Source: the human T2T-CHM13v2.0 reference genome, Homo sapiens. From it: a stretch of DNA of 64,000 nt. The first letter of the stretch is position 1. Each line of letters begins with the position of its first letter. The stretch lies in assembly GCF_009914755.1 (NCBI RefSeq), contig NC_060931.1. One strand, given 5' to 3'. The notes under the pieces were generated by a model, which had not been told where the DNA came from, did not search any database, and saw only the letters and a program-made list of their open reading frames with translations. Below, one piece after another: positions 53,161-64,000 of this stretch. The position numbers were made by a program, and so were the translations under genes.

Positions 53161-53864
53161 AAGAATCCTTGGACATTTCAGTTAAGGTAAAACAATTCCT
53201 GGGGTTTTCACATCTGAGTCATTGAGTCGTCAAAGCAAAAAGAGGCCTCCTCAGTAAACAATGTATTAATATTTAGGTAACTCTGTCTTTGAGAACCTAA
53301 AGTTTCCAAACTCTTCATTTATGTAAACTTACTGAGTGACACCAAGTCAGTGTAGTTTCCTTTATGTAGGTGACTAGTATTTTCTTTAATATTGTAATTA
53401 TCAGAAGAGACAAAAGGAATTGCTCTGTTAAATCTGTATCTAAAGATGGTGGTATGGAGGCATGGCTTTTTAACATAATGGCTTAGTCTTGTTGATTCAT
53501 TTTAGAAAAGAGATTACCATAAAATATGTGGTAAATTGGAGATTCTCAATAACGACTACTTTAAATATTTTCTAAATAAGTATTCACACGACTCTTTTCC
53601 ATTGAAGCTGTTAGTACCTGTTCATTAGTACCTGTATAAATGTTCTAACACAAGCAGCTGTACAACCAATGCTAAATGAAATAAAAACTGACACATTTCA
53701 GAGAAGTCTTGTGTTCTTCTCACCTACTTTTGAAGATTGAAGATTATTCTGTTTTCTTCTTATTATATCAAAAGAGGTATATTTCCTTTCTTTTTTCTTT
53801 CTTTCCTTTTTTTTTTTTTTTTTTTTTGCAGAGAAAACTCCAAGTATTTTTTGCAAGGAAAAGT

Positions 53865-53948
53865 TGATGATACTGATGATGATGGTGATGGTGATGGTGG
53901 TACTGATTAGAGTGCTGATGGTAGTAGTCCTGGTGAGTGTTGGTGATC
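53865..53948. repeat. Degenerate (TGA/TGG)n trinucleotide repeat
   Basis: tgatgatactgatgatgatggtgatggtgatggtgg read directly. Confidence 0.85.
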
Positions 53949-54343
53949 ATATCTAATCATCACTGAGATACTACTGTATTTCAAGTGCTGAGATAGGAGC
54001 TTAAACTGTGTTCTCACAACACAACAAAATGCAAATTATTTACTTTTTTTGCAGATTAACAAAATGAAGATGAAACACAGTAAATTACTTTTTCAAATTA
54101 CTTGACTGGTAAGGCTAGGATCCACATCTTGGTCTATTTAACGCCAAAGCATTTATTCCCTTACACTTTTTCATCCTGTGCATCAATCTATTAGAGTTCT
54201 TGTCTTTATGTTAGTCATACTCTTATGTTTAAAAGCAAATGAAGATAATTTCTAAGTCAAATGTGTGTGTACGTGTGTTTACATTTCTAAGGATACTGAG
54301 ACAATTGCTATACAAAATCCAAAGGAAATATGGCTTCACAAAT

Positions 54344-54770
54344 TGTAGTAGATGTCCCAACTGTATTCCCTGAGATCTCACCATTGTAAGGAACTACTGG
54401 GCTTCCAACTGCCTGAAGGTACCACAACATCAGATCAGAAAGTGTTAAAATATATTCTACCCCCCACCCCATGCCCAGTATCTCTCAACCAATGTTAGAT
54501 TTAGTATGCAAATCCTTAGCTCCTTTGCCCCTGGTCTGAGCTAACTCTTAGGCACTTGTCATATATGACCCCAGAGTTCCCACTTGAAATTGCCATTTAC
54601 CTTGCCGTACTGGTAACTGGCTTGAAAATATACTCTTTATTTTGTGCCTTTTCTTTTCTGCCTCAGTTCTCCACTCTCCTAACAATGCTTCCTGGGATCT
54701 CCGGCCAAGTAAACCAGTACTTTTCAAACCCTAGCCTCAGGGTCTACTTCTAAAAGAACTCAAATTAATC
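54344..54770 (+). mobile_element. LTR16-family ERVL LTR
   Basis: tgtagtagatg start; gcttcctgggatc...aaaccctagcctcagggtctacttc end, typical of LTR16. Confidence 0.7.
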
Positions 54771-55263
54771 TTTCTCATGTATGTCCATGTTTTTATTCTG
54801 GCTTGAAAATTTTGGGTTACCTATTGAGATTGTACAGCAAAGAAAATATTTGAGCAGATTGCAGGCAGTATTATATCCACCATGGTACTCTCCCTTCATT
54901 TTTAATGAAATAGAGTTTCAACTATGTTCACTGCATTCTCAATCCCTAGTTACTAGAGCTGAGACAGCTTTGCCTTTAAACTAAAGGTTATTTGGATTTT
55001 TGGGCCACGAACAGTGCAATGCTTGGAACTTCCTATATTTATCTGGTGCAAAGTCCTTTATGTGTGGTAAACAAGAGTCTAGGGCTCTATGGACTCTCAC
55101 TTTTCATCATAGTTGTTATAGCACTCCTGACCTCAGCCTAGAATTGTGAGAATACAGGGCTGCTCCCAAACAAGTGAGGCTGAGTTATTTTGTTTACTTG
55201 ACACTTTTGATAGAAGAGAGAGGTTTCATTCTAAAGGACTCATTCCTGTAGAAATTTGATTTA

Positions 55264-57703
55264 CAGACATACCCCAGATATATTGTAAGTTCAGGTCCAG
55301 ACCACCACAATAAAGTGAATATCACAATAAAGTGACTGACACAAAATTTTTGGTTTCCCAATGCATATAAAAGTTATTTTTACACCACGCTGTAGTCTAC
55401 TAGGTATACAATGACATTACATATAAAAAATACATATCTTAATTTAAAAATCCTTTATTACTAAGAAATGCTAACAATCATCTGAGCCTTCAGCTAATTA
55501 TAATCTTTTTGCTGGTGGAGGGTCTTTCTTCAATGTTGATGGCTCCTGGGTAATCTGGGTGATAGATACTCAAGGTTGGGTGGTTGTGGCAATTTCTGAA
55601 AATAAGGCAACAGTGAAGCTTGTCACATTAATTGACCCTTCCTTTCATGAAGATTCTCTGTGCATGTGATACTGTTCAATAGCATTTTATCAGCACTAAA
55701 ACTTCTTTCAAAATTGGAGGCAGTTTTCTCAAAACCTGCCACTGCTTTACCAACTGAGTTTATGTAATAGTCTAAATTCTTTGTTGTCACTTCAACAACA
55801 TACACAGCATTTTCACCAGGAGCAGATTCCATCTCAAGAAACACTTTCATTGCTCATCCATAAGAAGCAACTTGTCATCCAGTCAAGTTTTATCATGAGA
55901 TTGCAGCAATTCAGTCATTTCTTCCAGCTCCACTTCTAATTCTAGTTCTCTTGCTGTTTCCACCACAACTACAGTGACGTCCTCCACTAAGTCATTCATA
56001 GAGATTGAAATTAACTTCTTCCAAATTCTGGTTAATGTTGATATTTTGACCTCTGCCCATGAGTCTTAAATGTTCTTAATGGCATCAAGAATCATAAATT
56101 TTTTTCCAGAATATTTTCAATTGGCTTTGCCCAGGTACATTAGAGGAATCACTAACTATGACAGCTGTACCATTGCAAAGTGTATTTCTTAAAGAATAAG
56201 ACTTGAAATTCAAAATTACTCCTTGATCCATGGGCTACAGAATACATGTTGTGTCAGCAAGCATGAAAACAACATTCATTTTATTGTACATCTCCATCAG
56301 AGCTTGTGGATGATGAGGTGCCTTACCTTTAAGAAATAATATTTTTAAAGGAATTCTTTTTTCTGAGTAGTAGTTCTCAACAGTGGGCTTAAAATATTCA
56401 GTAAACCATCATGTAAACAGATCCAGGCTTTGCTGTTCCATCTATAGAGCACAGGAAGGTAGATTTGGCATAATAATAAGGACCCTAATATTTTTGGGAT
56501 GGTAAATAAGCATTGGCTTCAACTTTAAGTCACCAGCTGCATTAGCTCCTAACAAGAGAATCAGCCTGTCCTTTGAAGGATTTGAAACCAGGCATTGACT
56601 CCTCTCTAACAATGAAAGTGCCAGATGGCATCATCTTCCAATAGAAGGCTACTTCGTCTATATTGAAAATCAGTTGTTTAGTGTAGCCACCTCCATCAAT
56701 ATCTCAGCTAGATCTTCTGGATAACTTGCAGCTTCTATAATCTGCACTTGCAGCTTTACCTTGTATTTTTAAGTAATGAAGATGACTTTTTTTTCCTGAA
56801 AACTCATCAACCAACCTCTGCTTGTTTCAAACTTTTTCTTCTATAGCTTCCTCACTTCTCTCAGCCTTCATTGAAGATTAAAGGCTTTCTCTAATCATCA
56901 ACCAACCTCTGCTTGTTTCAAACTTTTTCTTCTATAGCTTCCTCACTTCTATCAGCCTTCATTGAAGATTAAAGGCTTTCTCTAAATTAGACTTTGGCTT
57001 GAGGAAATGTTATGGATGGTTTGATCTTTCTAGACCACTAAAGCTTTTTTCCATATCGGCAGTAAGGTTATTTTCTTACAATTTGTGAATACCCTGGAGT
57101 AGCACTTTTAATTTTCTTTTCCTCTGCATTCATAACTGGGCTAACAGTTTGGCTCAAGAGGCCTATCTTTCAGCCTTTCTGGGCTTTTGACATACCTCTC
57201 TCACTAAGCTTAATCATTTATATCTTTTGATTAAAAGTGAAAGACGTGTAACTACTCCTTTCATTTGAACACTTAGAGACCATTGTACGGTTATTAATTG
57301 TCCTAATTTCAATATTGTTGCACCTCAGGAAATAAGGAAGCCTAAGAAGGAGAAGAGAGATAGGGAAACAGCCAGTGGGTGGAGCTGTCAGAACACATAC
57401 AACATTTATCATTTTAGTTCACTGTCTTATGTGAGCATGGTTTGTGGCACCCCAAAACAATCACAATAGGAACATCAAAAATCAGTGAAAACAGATTACC
57501 ATAATGGATATAATAATAATGAAAAAGTGAAATATTGTGAGAGTTACCAAAATGTGACAAAGGGGCAGGAAGTAAGCACTTGCTTTTGGCAAAGTGATAC
57601 TGATAGACTTGCTGGATACAGTTTCTGCACACCTTCAATTTGCAAAAATTGCAGTATCTATGAAGTGTAATAAAGTGAAGTGCAATAAGGTGAGGTATGC
57701 CTG
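55264..57703 (-). mobile_element. Full-length Tigger1 DNA transposon, decayed
   Basis: TA|cagacatacccc ... gaggtatgcctg|TA termini. Antisense-colinear with the copy at 32402-34795; ORF remnant 55623-55850. Confidence 0.93.
56804..56985. repeat. Tandem duplication, 2 x 91 bp
   Basis: 56804-56894 and 56895-56985 are identical except 56860 C versus 56951 A. Confidence 0.95.
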
Positions 57704-58669
57704 TACACAGTGTAGCACTTAGATGTAATTCTGAATGATTCTGGCTTACCTTCACTCACATTTCTTTATTCCATAAAATTTTTAACTCATTTTATCATTT
57801 GTTTTATAAGATAGCTAATAGGATATTCATTAACTTATTTACAGTAGTGGACAATGGTTTGTTTATAGTAAGCTCATTTTTTGCTGCTGTATAATTAAAC
57901 ATTTTTTTTCTGAATTTAACTTACCCTGAAGGCATTATTGGAGAAAATGCATCTACAGTATTTACATTTGTAACTCCTTTTTAAATTTACTAGCACAGGG
58001 AAATTTTATTCTTTTTAACACATCTTGGGTTTGGTTCTTTGTCTCTGGATCAAATAGAGATCACAATTACTAGACTATTTAATGTCCCATATGAATTTCT
58101 CAGGCTCCTTACTCTCTGAGAATTCATCTGCACAATTTAACCACAGGAAGAAATAAACATTTCTTTGGATTTATGAGAAGTAAAATATTCAAACCTCAAC
58201 TGAAGAAACATTCATATCATCTGGGTATGTTCAAGAAAAAAAAATGTAAGCCAGACCATCCAACAACACATTAAAAGAGATAGTCATTTCTCTCATCTTG
58301 GGGCTGGAAATTTCTTTTCCAACTGACGTTTCCAACATGTGAAATATAGCTGCCATCACATTAACCAGATATACAGCACTCTGAGCTGAAAGCATAAATT
58401 GTACACATCTTGCTCCCAGTAGCTGTGAAAAGGAAACGTAGGTGCAAGGTCAACAAGAACCCCTCCTATAGAAGAAGTCTGCAAATTGAGAGGGGAATGG
58501 GAGATCCTGCTATTGCTGGGATGGTCCTGTTTTTTGTCAAGCTATGTCATGGGACCAAGAGGCTCAGGAAATGAGCAGGAAGATTTTGTTCTGGATGAAA
58601 AGGACTACTTCATGTAGTCTTTGACATACTTTGAAAGGGAGGATGGAATAAGGGAGAAACAGCATCACA

Positions 58670-59100
58670 TTTAATGCCTGGCTTTACCATTTACCAGCTG
58701 TGCAACCATTTAAACACTTGAGCAACAATTTAAACACTTGACCCTTGGTTTTCTCAACTGTGCTGTAGAGGATAATCATTACTTCTTTAACCTACCCCTA
58801 CAGAGATTTTGTAGGGAATAGATGGCATGATGTATGGGAAAGCACATTGTGTATTGTAAAACTGTAAGCATGCAGTAATTATAACGATTTACTTTTATTG
58901 ACCCTGTAGTGCATGCTAGATATTCTTCTCAGGGTTTCATATAGTACCTCATTAAATCCTCATGGCGAACTTTGAAAAAGGTACTATTATTATTTTCATT
59001 GTACATTTCAGTAACTTGAACAAGGTTACAGGACAAGTAGAATATGGCAGAGATGGAATTTGAACTCAAGCAATCAAATTCAAAAGACTATACTCTAAAG
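58670..59100. mobile_element. Two MIR fragments in opposite orientation
   Basis: ctttaccatttaccagctgtg (sense) and taacttgaacaaggttaca...ggaatttgaactcaagca (antisense). Confidence 0.65.
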
Positions 59101-61037
59101 CAATGGCACTCAGGGAGTGATCCATCAGTGCCTGTGCACAACAAGGTAAGTGCAGAAATTGAGCACAAGTGTTTGAAAACTTATGTAGCTTTTTGATATT
59201 GTCTCAATGTCAATATGTGATCATTTTTATAGTAATCTGTGTTAATTGTCATTTATGAAATATTGGTCCACAATGGATTGAAAAGAATAAGAACTCATAT
59301 TTCATCACAGATGGTTCTAAAAGCATTGTTCTGAAACACTACACTATAAGGTTGTAATTGATTTTGTTATTGGAATATCATGGGCAACTTGTAAGACAGA
59401 CTTGCTAAGAGAATTAGAAGCTTTATAAATAACTATATCTAATTGAATATTCTTATGAATATTATAAAGATAAACAATAATTTATTAAACTAAAATCAGG
59501 TTTTTGAGATCAGTACTCCGGGTCTGGCCAAATTTCTCCACTTTCTTTCCCTCTTTTTCCTGCTCTGTACTTTAGACACAGTACTACCAGAATAGTAGTT
59601 TTTTTACAAAACAAATATTCTATAATATATAAATAGTATTGGGGGAGCACAGGGGAGTTTGATCTCTAGGAGAAAGAGACTTGCACTGGCCACAATCGCA
59701 AATATCCCCCAAATAAAAAAGGGGGGAAATGAACAACTGTTATTAGAAAGTTTGTATCTAATCAATCATGGAATAAATGAAAAACATCTTTATTACACCT
59801 GAGATTTTATAGCAATGCTTAGAAATATATTGAAATTCCATTTTTCTCCATGAGACAGTTTCTAGGTCTGACTTGTTTAGAATAAATGTTTGATTCTTTT
59901 ACTTTCACTGAAATCTTCTTATATATCAAACTTATTTCATTTGCTCAAAGAATTGCCATTTTCTCTTCTGCATTTTTTTTCATTCAAATCCCACCTCAAA
60001 GGAAGAAATTCTGATAAAATAAGAAATTCCTAGAGATTATTTTAATATCTATTCTGGGTTACATATGAAACCCATTGTTCAAGGCTTGTGGAGCACTTAC
60101 ATAAAAACCAGTTTCAGTCAGAAATTGATCATAAGCATCGTTGTGCAAAGAATATAATATCCAATTTGGTGAGAAGAACAAATGAACATATAAGCTTGAA
60201 TTAAAAATAAATATAAAATTTAAAACGTAAGTTACATTTGGAAATTTTGGTCCAAGAATAAATGTCTCCATGAAAGATATAGAAAGGAGGTTGATTTTTT
60301 TTTTTGAAACATTGGGATTTATTTATCTTTCTCTTCTAAAGATATATAGTTTCTTTTTAGCACAACAGTCAAGACAGCACCTTGGGCTCTCAGAGATGGT
60401 AAATTCTACTCTCAGTTGCTCCATTAACTCAATATATGACCTTGGAAGTTTCTCTAAGTCCCTTGGTGCCTCAGTTTCCTTTTCTATCAAATACATATGT
60501 CTGAAATAACTAAATCACTTCACACTGCCTTTAAGGAAAAAATAAAACAGGAAAAGAGAAGAGAATAAAATATCTGAGATCAAAGAAAGTTGGCATCTAA
60601 ATGCCACATATCAATTGAATTGTAACATGTATGAAACTTAAATGGGAGTAAATAACAGTAACAAAAATGAGTTGAATTTTAATATGTATTAAACTTCAAT
60701 GGGAGTAAATAACAGTAACTTAAATGGGAGTAAGTAATGGTAACTATTATAGATTATTGTAAAGTACTTAACAGGGGGCTCTGGCACATAGTAAGCCTCA
60801 GTAAACTTTAGATTTTACTCTTGTTTTCATTATCATTCCTATTATGATAAAAATCAAGAGTCAGGGTAGCAGAGTGTGAGTGTAGTGGGGAAGAGGATTT
60901 ACTCTAGGAAGTAGACCTCGTAGAACTGAAGGAGGAGCTAGAGGAGTTCAAGTTTGGAAAGGGAATTGGAGGATTGGAGAAAGGGTTGTCAATCAGTCAA
61001 TCTATGAACCAAGGCCATCAATTAATCAAAACTAATA

Positions 61038-61345
61038 TTGCCAGACCCAACAAATTAAAAAGTACAGGATGCTCAGTTCAATTAGAATTTTAAATAAATT
61101 CTTTTTTTTTTTTTTTGGATGACTATGTCCCTGCAGTGGAGGACTATGTCTTTGAAGATAAAATGCCACGATTAATTCTCTAACACATTCAGGATTGTCT
61201 TTACTAGGAGATAATAGATTATTACCAATATTTCACTGCTATAATTAACTCTTGCATTATTTGGGACATACTTATACAAAAATATTTATTGTTTATCTGA
61301 AATTACAATTTAAATAAATGTTTTATATTTTACCTGTTAACCTTA
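61038..61345. mobile_element. MER53 palindromic MITE with a ~117-bp insert at its centre
   Basis: The left arm ends gactatgtccctgca (61135); the right arm starts tgcattatttgggacatacttatac (61253) and continues ttgtttatctgaaatt. Confidence 0.7.
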
Positions 61346-62059
61346 GACTATGAAAGGAAAGTTCTTAGGGAGACTCATGGGAAGGTTATCTTCTCTGTCC
61401 TTGTCTCACCACTGTAGGTCCACAACCTGGCATTTAGTGGTAGGCCTGGAGCTGCTCTTGGTCAACAGTGTCAGAAGTTGGGAAGAAGAGCTGCATATCA
61501 AGCAGAAGAGAATGAGAAGAAACAGGAACCCACTTCTGCATCTGTCTATAGCAACATCTGACTATAACGACCTTCAAAAGATAATGGCTGTTGCTTCATT
61601 TCCAACCCTCCAAATCTCAAGCAAGTATATCTTTGGGCCAACTGTAACCTATAACTCTATAGGGAAGAGGTTTCTGAGAACTCTGTGTCACAGCTTAACC
61701 ATACGAAGACAATACAAACCATCCCGATGATGATGATGGTTGGTAATAATGAAGAAAATAATATGAGTGTTTTCTCAAGGAAGGCTACTTCTTGATGGCA
61801 GTTCTGGGAGACATAAGAGAAGTTTTATTTTTACCCAAATGGTTGGTAAATAAATTACTGTGTGACATGACAGAGTTCAAGTTATATGATATAGTAGATT
61901 CACATTATGCCAAAAACTATAAGCCTCCCAGACACAGCCCAGGAATTCATTTTGAGAGCTATCATAGGCTTCTGAATGTGCTACCATCTATGCTCTTAAT
62001 TTAAACCTTAATTTGCTGTGTGGACGACAGACTACTCTGAAAAAAACCCCAAATGCTTC

Positions 62060-62960
62060 AGTGCAGGACTATGTGTCGTGGATAAAGTAACAAAATTACA
62101 TATTCAACCCATTATGGCCATCCTCTTGTATGGGAGATGCAGATTGTTACCAATATTTAACTCTTATAATTAACTTGAATAAATTTCCTTACAAAATAAA
62201 TATGTACACTTGTAAATATTCCATTATAGTATCTTTCTTAGTGTAGATATCCTGGAGTAAAAGCAAAATATTTACAAAACAAGGTAACAATTTTTAAAGC
62301 AAAATATCTATTATCAAATTGTTCTCCAGATAGGTATTACCAATTACACACCCACCAGCCCAGCAGTGTGAAAATATCACATCTCCCACACCCCCATCCA
62401 CACCCACGTGGAAAATTATTATTAAAAATTAATTTTTACCAACTTGAGAGGGAAATGGTCTTATTTTAATTTTTTCAGGGGTGGATTCATATGTTTACTA
62501 GATATGTATATGTATCCTTCTATGAGATACTTGTTAGGTTATTTCCCATTTCTCTGTTGTGGCATTAATTTCTTTTTCTTGTTAATAATGCTCCCGAAGT
62601 TTTATGTCAGTCTTTTCATTTGTTTATAGTATTTTATGGCAAAGGATTTTCTTAATTAAGTGGTTGTAGTCAAATCTGCTAGTTTTTATCTTTGTTTTCA
62701 GTTTGCAATGTCATGTATAGACATGGCTATCTACCACCAAAAGTATTTTAAAAAGCAATGTGTAGGTTTTCTACTTTTGAAGAATGTGCATTTTCTACTT
62801 TTGAAGTATGTGCATTTTCTACCAAAGTCTTTGGTTTGTTTGATATGTGCAATGAAGAAAAATATCTAACAATACCTTAAGTTTTCTCAAATAATATTCC
62901 AATTATCCTAATATCCTTTGTGACTTAAACTTCCTATTCTGACTTAAAAAGACTTTTATC
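62060..62960 (-). mobile_element. Old L1ME-like 3' fragment
   Basis: caaattgttctccaga...caattacacacccaccag...ttttaccaacttgagagggaaatggtcttattttaattt. Confidence 0.6.
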
Positions 62961-62984
62961 ATAAGTGCTCTACTTAATCATAGC

Positions 62985-63222
62985 CTTAGCACATAGTGTG
63001 AGTCCTAGAGTCAGACTACAAGGTAATTACTGTCACTTACAAGCTGTGTGACCTTAAGTGATTTAATTTAATCATCCTGTGACTAAGTTTTCTAATCTGT
63101 AAAATTGGAATAATGTGAGGATAAAATTATCATAAGGATTAGCAAGCTGAATTAACACGTGTAAAGCTCATAGACGACTGCCGGGCACATAGTGAATACT
63201 CAGGAAATATTACTGGTTGTTG
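62985..63222 (+). mobile_element. MIR
   Basis: cacttacaagctgtgtgacctt...ttttctaatctgtaaaattggaataat. Confidence 0.75.
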
Positions 63223-63604
63223 TGTAGCAAGATGTACAATGAAACACTGGTACAATTTCAGATTTTGGGTTTTGAGGACCGGGCTTAGAGGGTCACCTTG
63301 GAGAGAATCTTGTAGAGTCCCACATCTACCCTCTGCCTCAATGAGATACGATCCTCCACTTTGATGAGATATTACCACTTAGAGAACTTGCTACATGTCA
63401 ATCCCTGCTATGGAGAAAGTAGACTTTTAATCTAATGCAGTAGACTTGAAATCATTCGAATGTGAGAGAAGAGCTGGAGTCAGAAAGAGGTAAAAAGAGG
63501 GCCTGAGACTATGCCTTAAATTGTTAATATATTTAAGGGATAGAAGAAAGAACAGGAGAACTGTTAGAGAAGATAGAAAGAAATTGTTTCCTGGATCAAA
63601 AACA

Positions 63605-63984
63605 GTTCTAGACTGGACTGTGTCTCCCACCCCTTTAAATTCATGTGTTGAAGCTCTAGCCCTCAATGGGACTGTATTTGGAGATAAGACCTTTAAAGAT
63701 GTAATTAAAGTTAAATGAGGTCATAAGAGTAGGGCCCTAATCCAATAAAGCCTGTGTTCTTATAAGAAGAGGAAGAGACTTCAAGGATGCCTGGAAAGGC
63801 CATGTGAGGACACAGCTGGGCAGGGGCCATCTGCAAGCCAAGAAGAGAGCCCTCAGGAGAAACCACACTTGCTGACACCTGGATCTTTGCTCTCCAACCT
63901 CCAGAATTGTAAGAAATAAATTTCTGTTGTTCTAGCCACCCAGTCTGTGGGATTTTGTTATGGCAGCCCTGGCAGACTAATATA
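63605..63984 (+). mobile_element. MLT1A/B MaLR solo LTR
   Basis: gactgtatttggagataagacctttaaagatgtaattaaagttaaatgaggtcat...ttttgttatggcagccctggcagactaatata. Confidence 0.88.
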
Positions 63985-64000
63985 GGATCCAAGAGAAGAG

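Noticed and set aside
53768-53950. His-rich 60-aa ORF
   Set aside because: It is the translation of a (TGA/TGG)n microsatellite and a poly-T tract.
60615-60745. Three-copy repeat as a CRISPR-like array
   Set aside because: Spacing is irregular, copies overlap, and the unit is explained by tandem slippage.

Overview
Primate (most likely human or great-ape) non-coding genomic DNA, AT-rich and dominated by transposable elements. I recognise no host protein-coding exon, RNA gene, CRISPR array or prokaryotic system. Main contents: a full-length L1PA2 (11376-17432, perfect 17-bp TSD, intact promoter motifs; ORF0, ORF1 and ORF2 all disrupted); a full-length L1PB1 with a nested AluY (46276-53160); two full-length Tigger1 DNA transposons in opposite orientation (32402-34795 and 55264-57703); eight Alus, four of them 5'-truncated; solo LTRs (MER11, THE1, MER21, MSTB, MLT2, MLT1, LTR16); MITEs (MER85, MER53, MER44, MER2); and old L1M, L2 and MIR debris. 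I do not see a convincing new biological system. The best second-look items are: the two Tigger1 copies appear to share derived variants (possible local hop); a frameshift splits L1PA2 ORF2 at an AUGA stop-start overlap; two short inserts were copied from nearby sequence into TEs; a 43-bp mini-Alu has microhomology at its truncation point; and a repeat-poor block carries an enhancer-like motif cluster. All subfamily calls rest on consensus sequences recalled from memory and need RepeatMasker/Dfam confirmation.
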